Shown: positions 38,960 to 50,930 of the stretch, piece by piece
Numbering within the stretch: position 1 is the first letter of the stretch
Layout: every line of letters begins with the position of its first letter
Source of the DNA: Octopus sinensis
Lineage: Eukaryota
Direction: 5' to 3'
NCBI RefSeq assembly: GCF_006345805.1
Contig: NC_043016.1
Location: 13,764,001-13,828,000, forward strand
Length of the DNA: 64,000 nucleotides
Notes under the pieces: generated by a model
Database searches by the model: none
The model's input: the letters and a program-made list of their open reading frames with translations, nothing else
Told to the model about the DNA's origin: nothing
Program-made: the position numbers and the translations under genes

Positions 38960-39410
38960 TTTCTGGCTTGTTTCAGTCATTAGATAGCGGCCATGCTGGA
39001 GCACCACTTTGAAGAATTCTTTAGTTGAATGAATCGATCCCAGTACTTATATTTTATTTTAAGCCTGGTACTTATTCTATTGGTCTCTTTTGCTGAACTG
39101 CTAAGTTATGGGGACATAAATATACCAACACTTGTTGTCAAATGGTGGTTGGGGGACGAACACAGACAGAATGATATACAGAAACACACACACACGACAC
39201 ACGACACACACACAGTCAAACACATACACACAAACAAACACATACACACACACAAACACATACACACACACATATATGCGATGGGCTTCTTTCAGTTTTC
39301 ATCTACCAAATCCACTCACAAGGCTTTGGTTGGCACAAGGCTGCCACACACTTGCCCAAGGTGCCACACAGTGGGACTTAACCGGGAACCATGTGGTTGG
39401 GAAGCAAACT
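38960..39410 (-). mobile_element. Family-A SINE
   Basis: Reverse complement of the family-A consensus with internal (CA)n. Confidence 0.8.
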
Positions 39411-39510
39411 GAAATTGACAGTTAAGTTTATTTACTATGAAGAGTGGAAATATCCATGTTTCAGGTAATTAATCTGAGAGAGAGAGGGGAGAGGTAAGAT
39501 GGACAGAGAG

Positions 39511-39541
<31 letters not shown>

Positions 39542-39549
39542 AAAAGAGA

Positions 39550-39970
39550 AAAACTAGAAGAGAAAGAGAGATGCAGAGAAAAAGAAGGAAAAAGAGAGAA
39601 AGAGAGGGAGAGATGGAGAGAGAGATAGAAAAGAAAGAAAGAAAGAAAGAAAAATAGAAAAACTAGAAGAGAAAGAGAGATGCAGAGAAAGAGAAGGAAA
39701 AGAGAGAAAGAGAGATGCAGAGAAAGAGAAGGAAAAGAGAGAAAGAGAGATGCAGAGAAAGAGAAGGAAAAGAGAGAAAGAGATGCAGAGAAAGAGAAGA
39801 AAAGAGAGAAAGAGAGATGCAGAGAAAGAGAAGGAAAAGAGAGAAAGAGAGATGCAGAGAAAGAGAAGGAAAAGAGAGAAAGAGAGATGCAGAGAAAGAG
39901 AAGGAAAAGAGAGAAAGAGAGATGCAGAGAAAGAGAAGGAAAAGAGAGAAAGAGAGATGCAGAGACAGAG
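39550..39970. repeat. Purine-rich minisatellite (unit about 32 bp, gagaaagagagatgcagagaaagagaaggaaaa)
   Basis: About 10 copies; source of the MQRKRRKREKE ORFs. Confidence 0.9.
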
Positions 39971-39974
39971 AGAA

Positions 39975-40006
<32 letters not shown>

Positions 40007-40379
40007 GTCAGAGAAGACCAGAGAGAAAGAGAGATAGGCAGAGAGAGAGAGAGAGTAAAGAGGCTGACAGCACAATTGCAAAATTGTGAGAAATTTCCAG
40101 ACCATGTTATCAGCCAATAAACTCTCTCTCCAAAGCAAGATAAATGTCTGAAGTGGATTTTTTTTCACTCCTCACAGCAAATAAACTCACTGCCATCTTT
40201 CTTTTTATCATGAACTTTTATTGGTTATTAGTATGTATCTGATTACCTTGTTAAGTATAGTGAAGGATTGCCTGCAGCTGCAACAGATATTTTGCCATCT
40301 TAATTATTGTTCCTAATTGTTGTTGATAACATCATCACCGTATTGCTAAAACTATGAAGGATGTAAGGCATCTGGAAAG

Positions 40380-40800
40380 TGGAATGTCTTCAAATGCCAA
40401 GCACTGCAATAGGTGGAACGTCCACTCTAAGCTTTCTATAGAAGATTAGTAGAGGGGAAAGTGCGGCGACATTCTTGGGGAGACCTTGGGTGTCAAAGAA
40501 GATCAGCTAGCTGCTCCTTTCCGGAGAACTTCTGGCCCGGGACCAATGGACAACTTCCAAAAATCTCTGACCTGGCAGTGCTACCAGAGAGCTTGCCTGT
40601 TCAAGATTATCTATACAGGCATGGAAGTGCTGTCAGCAGAGCATGTCCAAGATCCACCTGTCAACTGAATCCATTGTGAAAATCATCCTGCCAACTTCCT
40701 TTAACTGAGAAGGAAAGGCTGTGTTTATGTCTTTTGCCACACATTCTGCAGAGGTTCATTGCAGTTGTGGATGGATTGCACTATAGCGGACTACATCAAC
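40380..40800 (+). mobile_element. Possible L1/Tx1-clade LINE C-terminal remnant
   Basis: FWPGTNGQLPKISDLAVLPESLPVQDYLYRHGSAVSRACPRSTC resembles the Tx1-type 'W......LPV...L.......CP.C' zinc-knuckle region. Confidence 0.35.
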
Positions 40801-40895
40801 AGCCCCTATGTTGATGGCAATCACAAGGTTCCTTGAGTTCAGTATTGAGAAGCTTGAGGCACTTCAAATTATCATTGTTGTTGTTGTTGTTGTTG

Positions 40896-40928
<33 letters not shown>

Positions 40929-41583
40929 GCAGTAGTAGTAGTAGTAGTAAGGTGGTGAGCTGGCAGAATTGTTCGCTTGCTGGGCAAAATGCTTAGTAAC
41001 ATTTCATCAGTCTTTATATTCTAAGTCCAAATTCTGTCGAGGTTGACTTTGCCTGTCATCTTTTCAGTATCAATGAAGTAAGTACAAGTTGAGCACTGGG
41101 GTTGATGTAATCGACTTGCCCCCTCCCCTCAAATTTCAGGTTCAATGCCTATAACAGAAAGTATCATGATCATTATTATAATTATTATCATCATTATTAT
41201 TGCTATTATATTAAAGGCAGCAAATTGGGAGAATCATTAGCATACCAGGTGAAATGCTTACAGGTATTTCATCCGCCTTCATGTTCTGAGTGAAATGATG
41301 GACTTAGTACCAGTGAAACACTGGGCTCAATGTTATCAACTAGTCCCCCACCACAAAATTTACGGTCTTATTATTATTATTATCTCTTTATCACAGGTTT
41401 TATTGGAGCTCCTTGAGTCTTGCATGCATAGCGGACTTAATACCTGCAGCCTACAGTACCATGCTATTTGCTCTTTTCAGCTAATACTTTCCTGATTATT
41501 CTGGCCATGTCAAGGAGGCAAACCCTTTGTAACAGTTCTACTGGGCACTCTATTCTAATTTCCTTTATATTCCTCTATTATTA

Positions 41584-42020
41584 GGTGAGCAAACTGGCAG
41601 AACCGTTAGCACGCCGGACGAAACACTTAGCGGTATTTCGTCTGCCGCTACGTTCTGAGTTCAAATTCCGCCGAGGTCGACTTTGCCTTTCATCCTTTCG
41701 GGGTCGATTAAATAAGTACCAGTTACGCACTGGGGTCGATATAATCGACTTAATTCGTTTGTCTGTCCTTGTTTGTCCTCTCTGTGTTTAGCCCCTTGTG
41801 GGTAGTAAAGAAATAGGTGAGCGAGCTGGCAGAATCATTAGCACACTGGATGAAATACTTAGTGGTATTTCACCCATCACTACGTTCTGAGTTCAAATTT
41901 AGCTGAGGTTGACTTTGCCTTTCATCCTTTCGGGATTGATAAATTAAGTCCCAGTAAAACACTGGGGTCAATGTAGTTGACTAGTCCCTACCCCAATTTC
42001 AAGCCTTGTGCCTATAGTAG
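41584..42020 (+). mobile_element. Two tandem family-B tRNA-SINEs
   Basis: ggtgagcaaactggcagaaccgttagcacgccgg...gttcaaattccgccgaggtcgactttgcctttcatcctttcgggg, repeated from 41817. Confidence 0.9.
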
Positions 42021-42053
42021 AAAGGGTTATTATTATTATAATTATTTTTATTA

Positions 42054-42120
<67 letters not shown>

Positions 42121-42129
42121 TATTTAATG

Positions 42130-43160
42130 GGATGCACATTTGAAATCAATGCCCTTGAAACTGATTCACAACTAGTTTCCTCAGATACCGAGCACCTTTC
42201 GAACAATCCTTCATGTTCCTAATAGAGCAGGGTTCTATATTAATACTTCTGTAGTTTTCATCGATCTCAATAAGCAAACTGTCAAATCTGTTGGCAACGG
42301 TGCCTTGAGCACCTATAACTATTGGGATTACTTTTGCAGAAACCCTCCACAGTCTTTGCAGTTTGCTAGCCAAGTCCTCATGTTTTCCTATTTTCTACTG
42401 TTTTTTGCTTGTTATATTCTGCAGACACAGACTCAGACACAGCCACATCTATGATAATGTACTCTTTTGACATTTTATCCAAATTCTGGTAATTCTGTTT
42501 GAATCTCATGGTCATCAGTCTGTATAACCTGTAAATCCCAAAGGACCTTAAACCAATCATTCTCTGTCGTGCTCTCCAGCTAGTGTTGGAACCACTTTCC
42601 ACTTACCCCAAAACTCCTTTGCTGTAATATACCCCAGTATAATGCTTTGGTTACTTTGGCAATATAAACGTACTTCATCTTCTGTGCCAAAGTACTTCAA
42701 GAACTTGTGATCACAACAGACTCCTTTTACTTGTTACTCAATCTACACTTAGCATTTTACATGGTTCTCTCAATTCTTGCCTAAATGACATTCATTTGTA
42801 ATAACTGGCTTTAAGCAACCATAAGTCCTTCCCTTTCTTTCTTGTGTTCTTCATTCTTCAATCACAACCAAGATTTATCTGCTGCAGCATCCTACATTCG
42901 TCTGTGATGCTGACTGCGCATTCCTCTTTCCCAGATGCTTCCCTCTCACTCTTATTTCTCTTCTTTTCTCATATTCTTTCATGATCTCCGCAGCTCCTTT
43001 CTCCTTTTCTCTGGCAGCTAAAATTGGTTTATCGTTTCTGTGCTATTTCTTACAGAACTCATCACGTTCTGCCATCTCCACACTCCCTTCTATCAATTTT
43101 AGTCCTCTCCTCTCTCTCCTTCCTTCTGTGTTAGGTGTAATCTATGAACACTATCTCTAT
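42130..43160 (-). mobile_element. R4/Dong-clade (RLE) LINE fragment, decayed
   Basis: IIIDVAV...; LQRLWRVSAKVIPIVIGAQG; flanked by (TTA)n. Confidence 0.65.
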
Positions 43161-43476
43161 TATTATTATTATTGTTATTATTATTGATTTGGCTCAGGTT
43201 TGGTCTTATTCTTGGTACCATTTATGTGGATAATGGGTTATTATTTGTAACCTAAGGTTTACAATAGCTTTCAATAGTCTTTCAAGTGCTTAGGACCCTC
43301 CTGATAATCTTTCTTCTCCCTAAGAGATAAACTTTCTGTAGAAGCTCTACAGGACATTCTATTCCAATCTCCTTCATTTGTCTATATCTTTGCTTACAGT
43401 TCCCAATGCACCAATTATTATAGGCAAAACCATTACAATTTTCATATTCCAAATTCTTCTTCTTCTTCTTCTTCTT

Positions 43477-43507
<31 letters not shown>

Positions 43508-43534
43508 TTATTATTATATTATTATTATTATTGC

Positions 43535-43577
<43 letters not shown>

Positions 43578-43579
43578 GC

Positions 43580-43657
<78 letters not shown>

Positions 43658-43895
43658 GGTTAAATTGTTACCACGCTGGGAAAAGTGCTTAGTGGCATTT
43701 CCTCTGTCTTTACATTCTGAGTTCAAATTCCACTGAGGTCAACTTTGCCTTTCATCCTTTCGGGGTCAATAAATTAAGTACCAGTGAAACACTGGAGTCG
43801 ATGTAATCGACTAGTCCCTTCCCACAAATTTCAGGCCTTGTACCTATAGTAGAAAGTATTTTTTTAAATTTTCAAAGTCTTGTGCCTAAAGTTGA

Positions 43896-43929
<34 letters not shown>

Positions 43930-44497
43930 GCTTCCTACATACACTGGAAACTATGCCAACATTATGGAATAACAACAGAAAAAAGATGGTATAGGCACAC
44001 ACCAGAAAAGGTCACAGAAAACGAGAAAGCAACCATACTCTGGGATATGCCGATACACACAGATAGAGAAATTAAGGCCAACAGACCAGATATAGTTGTC
44101 AGAGATCATGAAGAAAAAACATGCTTTCTAATTGATGTATCAATACCAGCAGATGACAACGTGTCTCTAAAAGAAATGGAGAAACTCTCAAAATACAAAG
44201 ACCTGGAAATAGAGGTAACTCGAATGTGAAATCTAAAAACAGAAACAATTCCTATCATAGTAGGTGCATTAGGCATGATAAAAAAATATTCAGACAAATA
44301 CATAACAAAAACACCAGGACTTACAAACACATATAACATACAGAAAATTGCACTACTAGGCACTGCACACATCCTACGCAGAACACTTTCCATACAATAA
44401 CCATCAGAGCATCACAACAAATCACAGCACATACCCAAGGCACACAGAGCTGCGCTCGGTAGTGAAGTGAAAGCACACTATAAAAATAAAACTACTG
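43930..44497 (+). mobile_element. R4/Dong-clade LINE 3' end, young 5'-truncated copy
   Basis: ASYIHWKLC...WY.H.PEKV.ENEKATILWDMPIHTDREIKANRPDIVV...LIDVSIP...EKLSKYKDL...RM*NLKTETIPIIVGALG...ALLGTAHILRRTL (RLE PD-D motif; one stop where W is expected); ORF ends 44400; (AAT)n on both sides. Confidence 0.9.
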
Positions 44498-44504
44498 AAT
44501 AATG

Positions 44505-44555
<51 letters not shown>

Positions 44556-44809
44556 GTTATTATTATTATTATTATTAAATTGGCAAGCTGGTAGAATCAT
44601 TAGCAGATAAGCCAAAAATGCTTAGCAGCACTTCATCTGTGTTATGTTGTGTTCAACTTTGTCTTTCATCCTATTGCGGTCAATAAAATAAGTACCAGTT
44701 GAGCAATGGAGGCAGTATAATTGACCTACCCACTCTCCTCAAAATATCAGACTTTATGCCTAAAGTAGACCTCCTCCTCTCCTCCTCCTCCTTTTTCTTA
44801 TTATTATTA

Positions 44810-45625
44810 TATGAAGATTCACAGCTTATTTTGCTGGATATGATGGAAAGTGTCAGCTGTCCATAACAGCCAGCAGACTAAGGTGACACTTGTTTACTGG
44901 TCATGCTTCAAGAACCCTGCAGAGAATTCTTGCAGTTCCAAGCATTGCTGATTTTTGTAGGCGTCCTACCTTCACACTTGCACCAGTCTTTTTCAGCCAT
45001 GTTAGTAATTGAATACTGATACATGCAAGTGCACCAATTACTATTGGTATCACATCTACTCTCTTCATTAGCCACAACCTTTGTATTTTCCACTTTAAAT
45101 CGTCAGAGTTATTTATTTTCATTTTCATTTCACATTAATCCTCTTGTCTCTGGGGCATACTATCTTGATTATCACACATGTTTTCTTTTGTATTCACCAT
45201 AACAATGTCTGCTTTCTGATGTCTGGCCATATCCACAGAATTTTGCAATTTTCATTTTCAGTGACTTATTCTGGAGTTTGCCCATACCATGTCTTTGCTC
45301 TTTGTCAGCTGTAATTTCCACAGAGTTCCCAATGGATCATTCTTTCCACATTGTCATGTCTTTTGTATTCACATTGGGCTAATTTCAAGCATTTGTTAAC
45401 GATGTGCCATACTGTTTCATCCCTCTCACCACACATTCTGCTTTTGCTGCTATTGGTAGTGTTGTCTATTCTGCACTTCCTATACAATTGGTCCTTAACA
45501 CTTGTTCTTGAGCTGCGCATATGAGTGCCTCTGTCCCTATCTTCAGGTCACTCCTCATCATCCATAGCCATTGGGCCTCTGTATGTCTTGGCATTCATGT
45601 CTCTTGCAAACTGACTACATTTTTT
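44810..45625 (-). mobile_element. R4/Dong-clade LINE fragment, decayed
   Basis: RMCGERDETVWHIVNKC zinc knuckle, RHDNV..MIHWELC, LKWKIQRLW...VIPIVIGAL...SAMLGTARILCRVL; (TTA)n flanks. Confidence 0.8.
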
Positions 45626-45627
45626 CC

Positions 45628-45673
<46 letters not shown>

Positions 45674-45676
<3 letters not shown>

Positions 45677-46234
45677 ATTGAGTGAGATAGCAGTGCATGC
45701 CATCAAAGTGACACTGGGCTAAAATATACGAAGCCCAGTATACCCATCATGACTACCCGTCTGATAAAAGTACACCAGGCACATGCATCACAGCCATATG
45801 AGTGCGACATGGTGATCTCATATCAAGATAAACAGCGCATGACCTTGCAGGTGGGGCCCCAATTAAAATTTCTTTCAGGTTGAGCAGCCCATCCCGCTCA
45901 AAAGGTCTCTGAATAAGGGTTGTTTAAGTATGTTGAATGAACCACCCATGTTTCCAGAGGTGAACTATTCAAACCCCAAAGAATCCCTCTCAACACATGG
46001 CTATGATGCTCCCCCACTACTTCTGCTCGTGATCAGAGATGCACATATCGTCAGCCACTAAGGGACATGCTCAACTGGTTAAGGTCAAACAACAGACAAG
46101 CAAATCTGTGGTATTGAGCAGAATATTTGCTGTAGCCCATCTTTTATACCAAGACAAAACAATGTACATGATAACACTTCCAATCAGTTAAGATCAGAAG
46201 CCATGAGAGCCACTGCCTGGTACTGCATCAGGGC

Positions 46235-46237
<3 letters not shown>
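45674..46237 (-). mobile_element. 564-bp ORF-less element inserted in (TAA)n
   Basis: Complex sequence bounded precisely by (TTA)n on both sides; no ORF, no tRNA head. Confidence 0.6.
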
Positions 46238-46276
<39 letters not shown>

Positions 46277-46324
46277 CATTATCCTTATTATTATTATTAT
46301 TGTTGTTGTTGTTGTTGTTGTTGT

Positions 46325-46369
<45 letters not shown>

Positions 46370-47395
46370 CAGCAGCAGCAGCAGAAGTGGTAATGGTGGT
46401 GGTAGTTTCCTCATTAGCATAAGACAGTAAGGGTTGTCATATTACGTTTTGTGTATCTTGATTGTCCACTGCTTAACGAGTAATAAGTGAGGATTAGCAT
46501 TCTCAAGTTACTTTGCAAAATAGTCAAATATATCTGACTGGGTGACATGTTAAAAACTAGGATAGTGATTTAGTGAAGATGACTTGGTCATTATACTGGT
46601 GCATTGGGAATTTATGTAGAGATGCATGGCTGAGTGGTTAGGGTGTTGGACTCGTGAGCATATGACTGTGGGTTTCAATTCCTGAACTGAGTGATGCATT
46701 TTGTTCTTGAACAAAACACTTATTTCACGTTGCTCCATTCCACTCTGCTAGTAATGATGAGTAATCCCGTGATGGACCGGCATCCCATCCAGAGTGTAAG
46801 TATATACTGTATATGCCAAAGAACCTGGGAAACCAACCATTATGAGTCCATAGGGCTCAAGAAGGATGCTTTATCCTTTTTATTGGGAAGTTATACATAC
46901 ATTCATTACACTGAAAAAGCTGTGTTCAGGTTTTGTTAATATAAAAGAAATGGACACGGAAATGAAAACAAAACTATGTTAATATCAGACTGTGCAAAAT
47001 CATATAAATTCTATTGATATATTGGAATGTTACAAGTACCTACGCTTATTTCTGATCAGCACCAACTTTCCGTATCTAGTCTTTAAAAGAATCATCTGAC
47101 CCTTGCCTGATCAAAGTTCCCCACTCAACACCAATTCATCACAAAACAAGCTCAATTCCATGATCTTGTCAGTAATTAGTAAAATTTCTGCCAATTCTAT
47201 ATTGATTTTTCTTTGGCATCATCTCTAATGAAACAGCTAAACATATAACTGAAACCATTCTCCAATATATAATCTCCCTGTGTTCCTCAAAAACCAAAAT
47301 CTACAACATGTTTGTTCCATATGGTTCTGATAGAGCAGCACTATTGCTTTACAATTTTGGAACAGTGATTACCATAAATTGCAGAAATAACTTAC

Positions 47396-47425
47396 TGACA
47401 TCAAGTGGAAGGTAGTCACTGAACG
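47396..47425 (-). CDS. Candidate 30-nt symmetric microexon (xFSDYLPLDV or RSVTTFHLMS)
   Basis: ctttatttttctttttttttcccccaatgtttatcttgcgtatgttctag|CGTTCAGTGACTACCTTCCACTTGATGTCA|gtaagt; all three frames lack stops except TGA in one. Confidence 0.4.
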
Positions 47426-47891
47426 CTAGAACATACGCAAGATAAACATTGGGGGAAAAAAAAAAGAAAAATAAAGAATGTATCCTGTCTTTAGAAGTGT
47501 AAATTAGTTTTCTGATTCTTTTCTCTTTTACTTTTTTCTTGCTTCAGTAATTGGACTGTAGCCATGACGTGTGTGTGTGTGTGTGTGTGTATACATACAT
47601 ATACACACATACATACACATATATGTATATACACATACACAGATATATAATAAGCATAATAAACATATCCATATATTCTGGGTATTCCAAAAATATCCTA
47701 ATGTAATCCTTATTGTCCTTTGTACATCCTGATGATTTTCCATCCAAGGTATTTTAAAATACAAAATTATATATTTATATATGATTTGTAATTTCAATTT
47801 TATTTGTGAAATGAAACAATTGTAGGTGAATATTATATTGATTAATTATAAACTAATTTGTATCCATTTGATCTCTCTACTTAATAACTCA

Positions 47892-47925
<34 letters not shown>

Positions 47926-47940
47926 TATATATATATATGT

Positions 47941-48030
<90 letters not shown>

Positions 48031-48033
<3 letters not shown>

Positions 48034-48176
48034 AAAGGAAAAAATAATAATAAGGCAGAATGCTAAACTGAAAGCAAATTTTAATATAAATGGGTGTAAG
48101 AAAGATTATACACCCATTTATATTAAAATTTGATTTAAGTTTAGCATTCTGCCTCACTATTATTATTTTTTCCCTT

Positions 48177-48179
<3 letters not shown>
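48031..48179. mobile_element. 149-bp palindromic element inserted in (TA)n
   Basis: aggaaaggaaaaaataataataaggcagaatgctaaact...taatataaatgggtgta / tacacccatttatatta...agtttagcattctgcctc..tattattattttttcccttcct. Confidence 0.8.
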
Positions 48180-48220
<41 letters not shown>

Positions 48221-48357
48221 ATGAGGGTTTAGTTCAATGATGATCTAAACGAATAGGTGTGCTGGGTAAGTGCTGCAACGGATTATTAGGGTTCCAAGCT
48301 TGTAACTGATACAGGAGCTATGGATCCACCTTAGGTTTCTGATTTGGCAGATATATA

Positions 48358-48540
48358 TTGTGAAAGGGGACAACAAATGTTGAGGCATAACGAGCATCTC
48401 AAGTCATATACATTGTTTTATACCCCTTGGGATATCCCAGAAACAGCTGTAAGACCTCAACTAATTTAAGAATGATATAAAATAATGTATATGACTTGAG
48501 ATGCTCGTTATGCCTCGACATTTGTTGTCCCCTTTCACAA
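48358..48540. repeat. 57-bp inverted repeat enclosing a half-hammerhead (UGGGAUAUCCCA-GAAA-CAGCUGU-A-AGACC)
   Basis: Arms 48358-48414 and 48483-48540; motif at 48428-48456. Confidence 0.8.
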
Positions 48541-48619
48541 ATATATGTATATATATATATATATATATGACAAAGAATAATTTTTACCTCTTTTAATGGA
48601 GACAAAAGGGTTTATAGGA

Positions 48620-49030
48620 CTGCATGCCAGCCTCGCCTTACTGGCACTTGTGCCCCGTGCTAGTAGGGTGCTAAGAGCACCATCTGAGCGTAATCGTTGC
48701 TAGAGCGGCTAACTGGCTTCCGTGCCGGTGGCATGTAGGAGGCACCATTCGAGCGGGATCATTACCATCATCACCTTACTGGCACCTGTGCTGTTGGCAT
48801 GTGTAAAAGATTCGAGCGAGGTCATTGCCAGTACCGCCTGACTGGCCTTCGTGCCACTGGCACGTAAAAGCACCCACTACACTCTCGGAAGGGCATCCAG
48901 CTGTAGAAACTCTGCCAGATCAAGACTGGAGCCTGGTGCAGCTATCTGGTTCACCAGCCCACAGTCAAACCGTCCAACCCTTGCTAGCATAGAAAGCGGA
49001 CGTTAAACGACAACGTCGATGATGATGATA
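48620..49030 (+). mobile_element. RTE 3'UTR fragment with GTGCC-N3-GGCAC units and a (GAT)n tail
   Basis: Same modules as 52228-52710, in the opposite orientation. Confidence 0.8.
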
Positions 49031-50930
49031 TATAAATGACAAGCTTCTTTCAGTTTCTGTCTCCAAAATCCACATACAAGGCTTTGCTTGGTTCAAGGCT
49101 ACTATAATGGATGCCATGCAGTAGAACTGAACCCAAAACCATATGGTTGGGAAGAAAACTTAGTACCACGTTGTCATATCTGTCAATTTTTGCAGAAACC
49201 TTGCATCATTTTCTCCTTATCTGGGATGGCTCTGTAAGTAATGCCATTTATGATAAAGCCACATTTGCTTCCAACCACTCTGTATGCACATCTACATACA
49301 CATATATGCATATACAAGCACGTTTATACACATAAACACCCTGTTTTAATGAAGAAGAAAGAGAACTGAGGTGTAGGTAGCAAAAAAGGTTTTTTAATTT
49401 AAGAACTGATGATGAAAGATTGATGCAAAAGTCAAGAGGAGAGTAGTAGGTGGAATCAGAAGTTTGGTATATAACATGAATGGAACAAAGGAAAATAAGA
49501 ATTCAAGAAGGAATGTGGAAAGAATTCAGGTAAGGAAAGGTGAAAGAAAGAAAACAGTAAGAGGAGAAAATGAGAGACAAAGGCAGCTAAAAAAAACCTG
49601 TTTGAGGATAAAGGCACTTATATTCTTCCTTTAGAATGACTGAATTTAATTAATCAGTAATTTATTTAACTAATTTATTTAACTAGTAAAAGAATCATTT
49701 GTATTCACAGTCAAAACAACCATAAAGTAGCCATAGAAAGATATATTTACTTCCATTTAATATTTTGCAACAATAATAAAGTTATAAAATGCATATAACG
49801 ATGAGTGTATGTGTGTGTGTGTGTGTACATGTGCACATGGGTCTATGTGAATGTATGTGTGTGTGTATGTGTAAGCATCTATGTATGTGCATGTGTTTGT
49901 GTGTATGTGTATGTAAATGTATGTGTTAGCGTGTGTGTGAGTAAATGTACATGTCAGTGTGTGCGCATGTATGTGTGTGCATGTGAGTGTGTGTGTGTTT
50001 ACAATTACAATGTACCTATCCCATTGTAATTGTTTTTGTCCCAATGCATAATCTCAGACCCAAACTGCTTGCCAAACAAATACAATTCACGAAATAAAAT
50101 AATTTGCGCGCAAACTTTAGGTTGAGTTACAGAAGTGAAAAAAATCTTTCTTTATCTTCTGCTCAATTCACCTCATGCAACTTATTTCAGATGCCAAAGC
50201 TACAATTAGGAAAAATATTTCTTCCTTGTTGCTGTTTAGGTGTAAAGCAAGCTGTTTTTCAACATTTAAGAACATACATAAACCAACCTCAGGCCAATCT
50301 ACATATAGAATACTTCCCCCACATATAAATAATGTTCTTTGAATGTCTCTAAAAATATTGGAGAGAATCCAAGTGAACAGTTCTTACATTGGAGGAAGTT
50401 TCTATTCTACCAGACCAAATAGTGGCTTCTATTTCACCATTCAACATTCTCCTATTTTTTTTTTTAATATCTAACAAAAATGGTATCCGCTTCCAGATGC
50501 CATTCTCTTTTATTTCACCTACCAACTATTTCAGTTATGCTAGTAATCAAATTGTAGCAAATACTGATGTTGTTTTTTTATTTTGTGGTTAGTAATTTCA
50601 TTTTGTTTTTGTTGCTTTTTTGTTGTTGTTTTTTTTCAAAGTGTTGTGATTTTATTAAACATTTTCAATAGAATAAAGAATGAGTGTTTATCTATTTCTA
50701 CTTAATATGACATTTACTCTAATTTTTATACAAATGTAATAAACTAGATTGGGTGAATAACAGTGAGCATATTTCTTTAAACTGATAATCTGTACTACAT
50801 ATGTACATATATGTGTGTGTAAATACATGCACACATACATTATACATAACTAGAGATACATACACACATTATGTACATACACACACACATAAATATCATA
50901 AATATACATACATATATATGTGTATATATG

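Noticed and set aside
39554-40168. R/E/K-rich and F/L/S-rich ORFs
   Set aside because: Read-through of a purine minisatellite.
47728-47770. CUGAUGA at about 47730
   Set aside because: No helix II or GAAA downstream.
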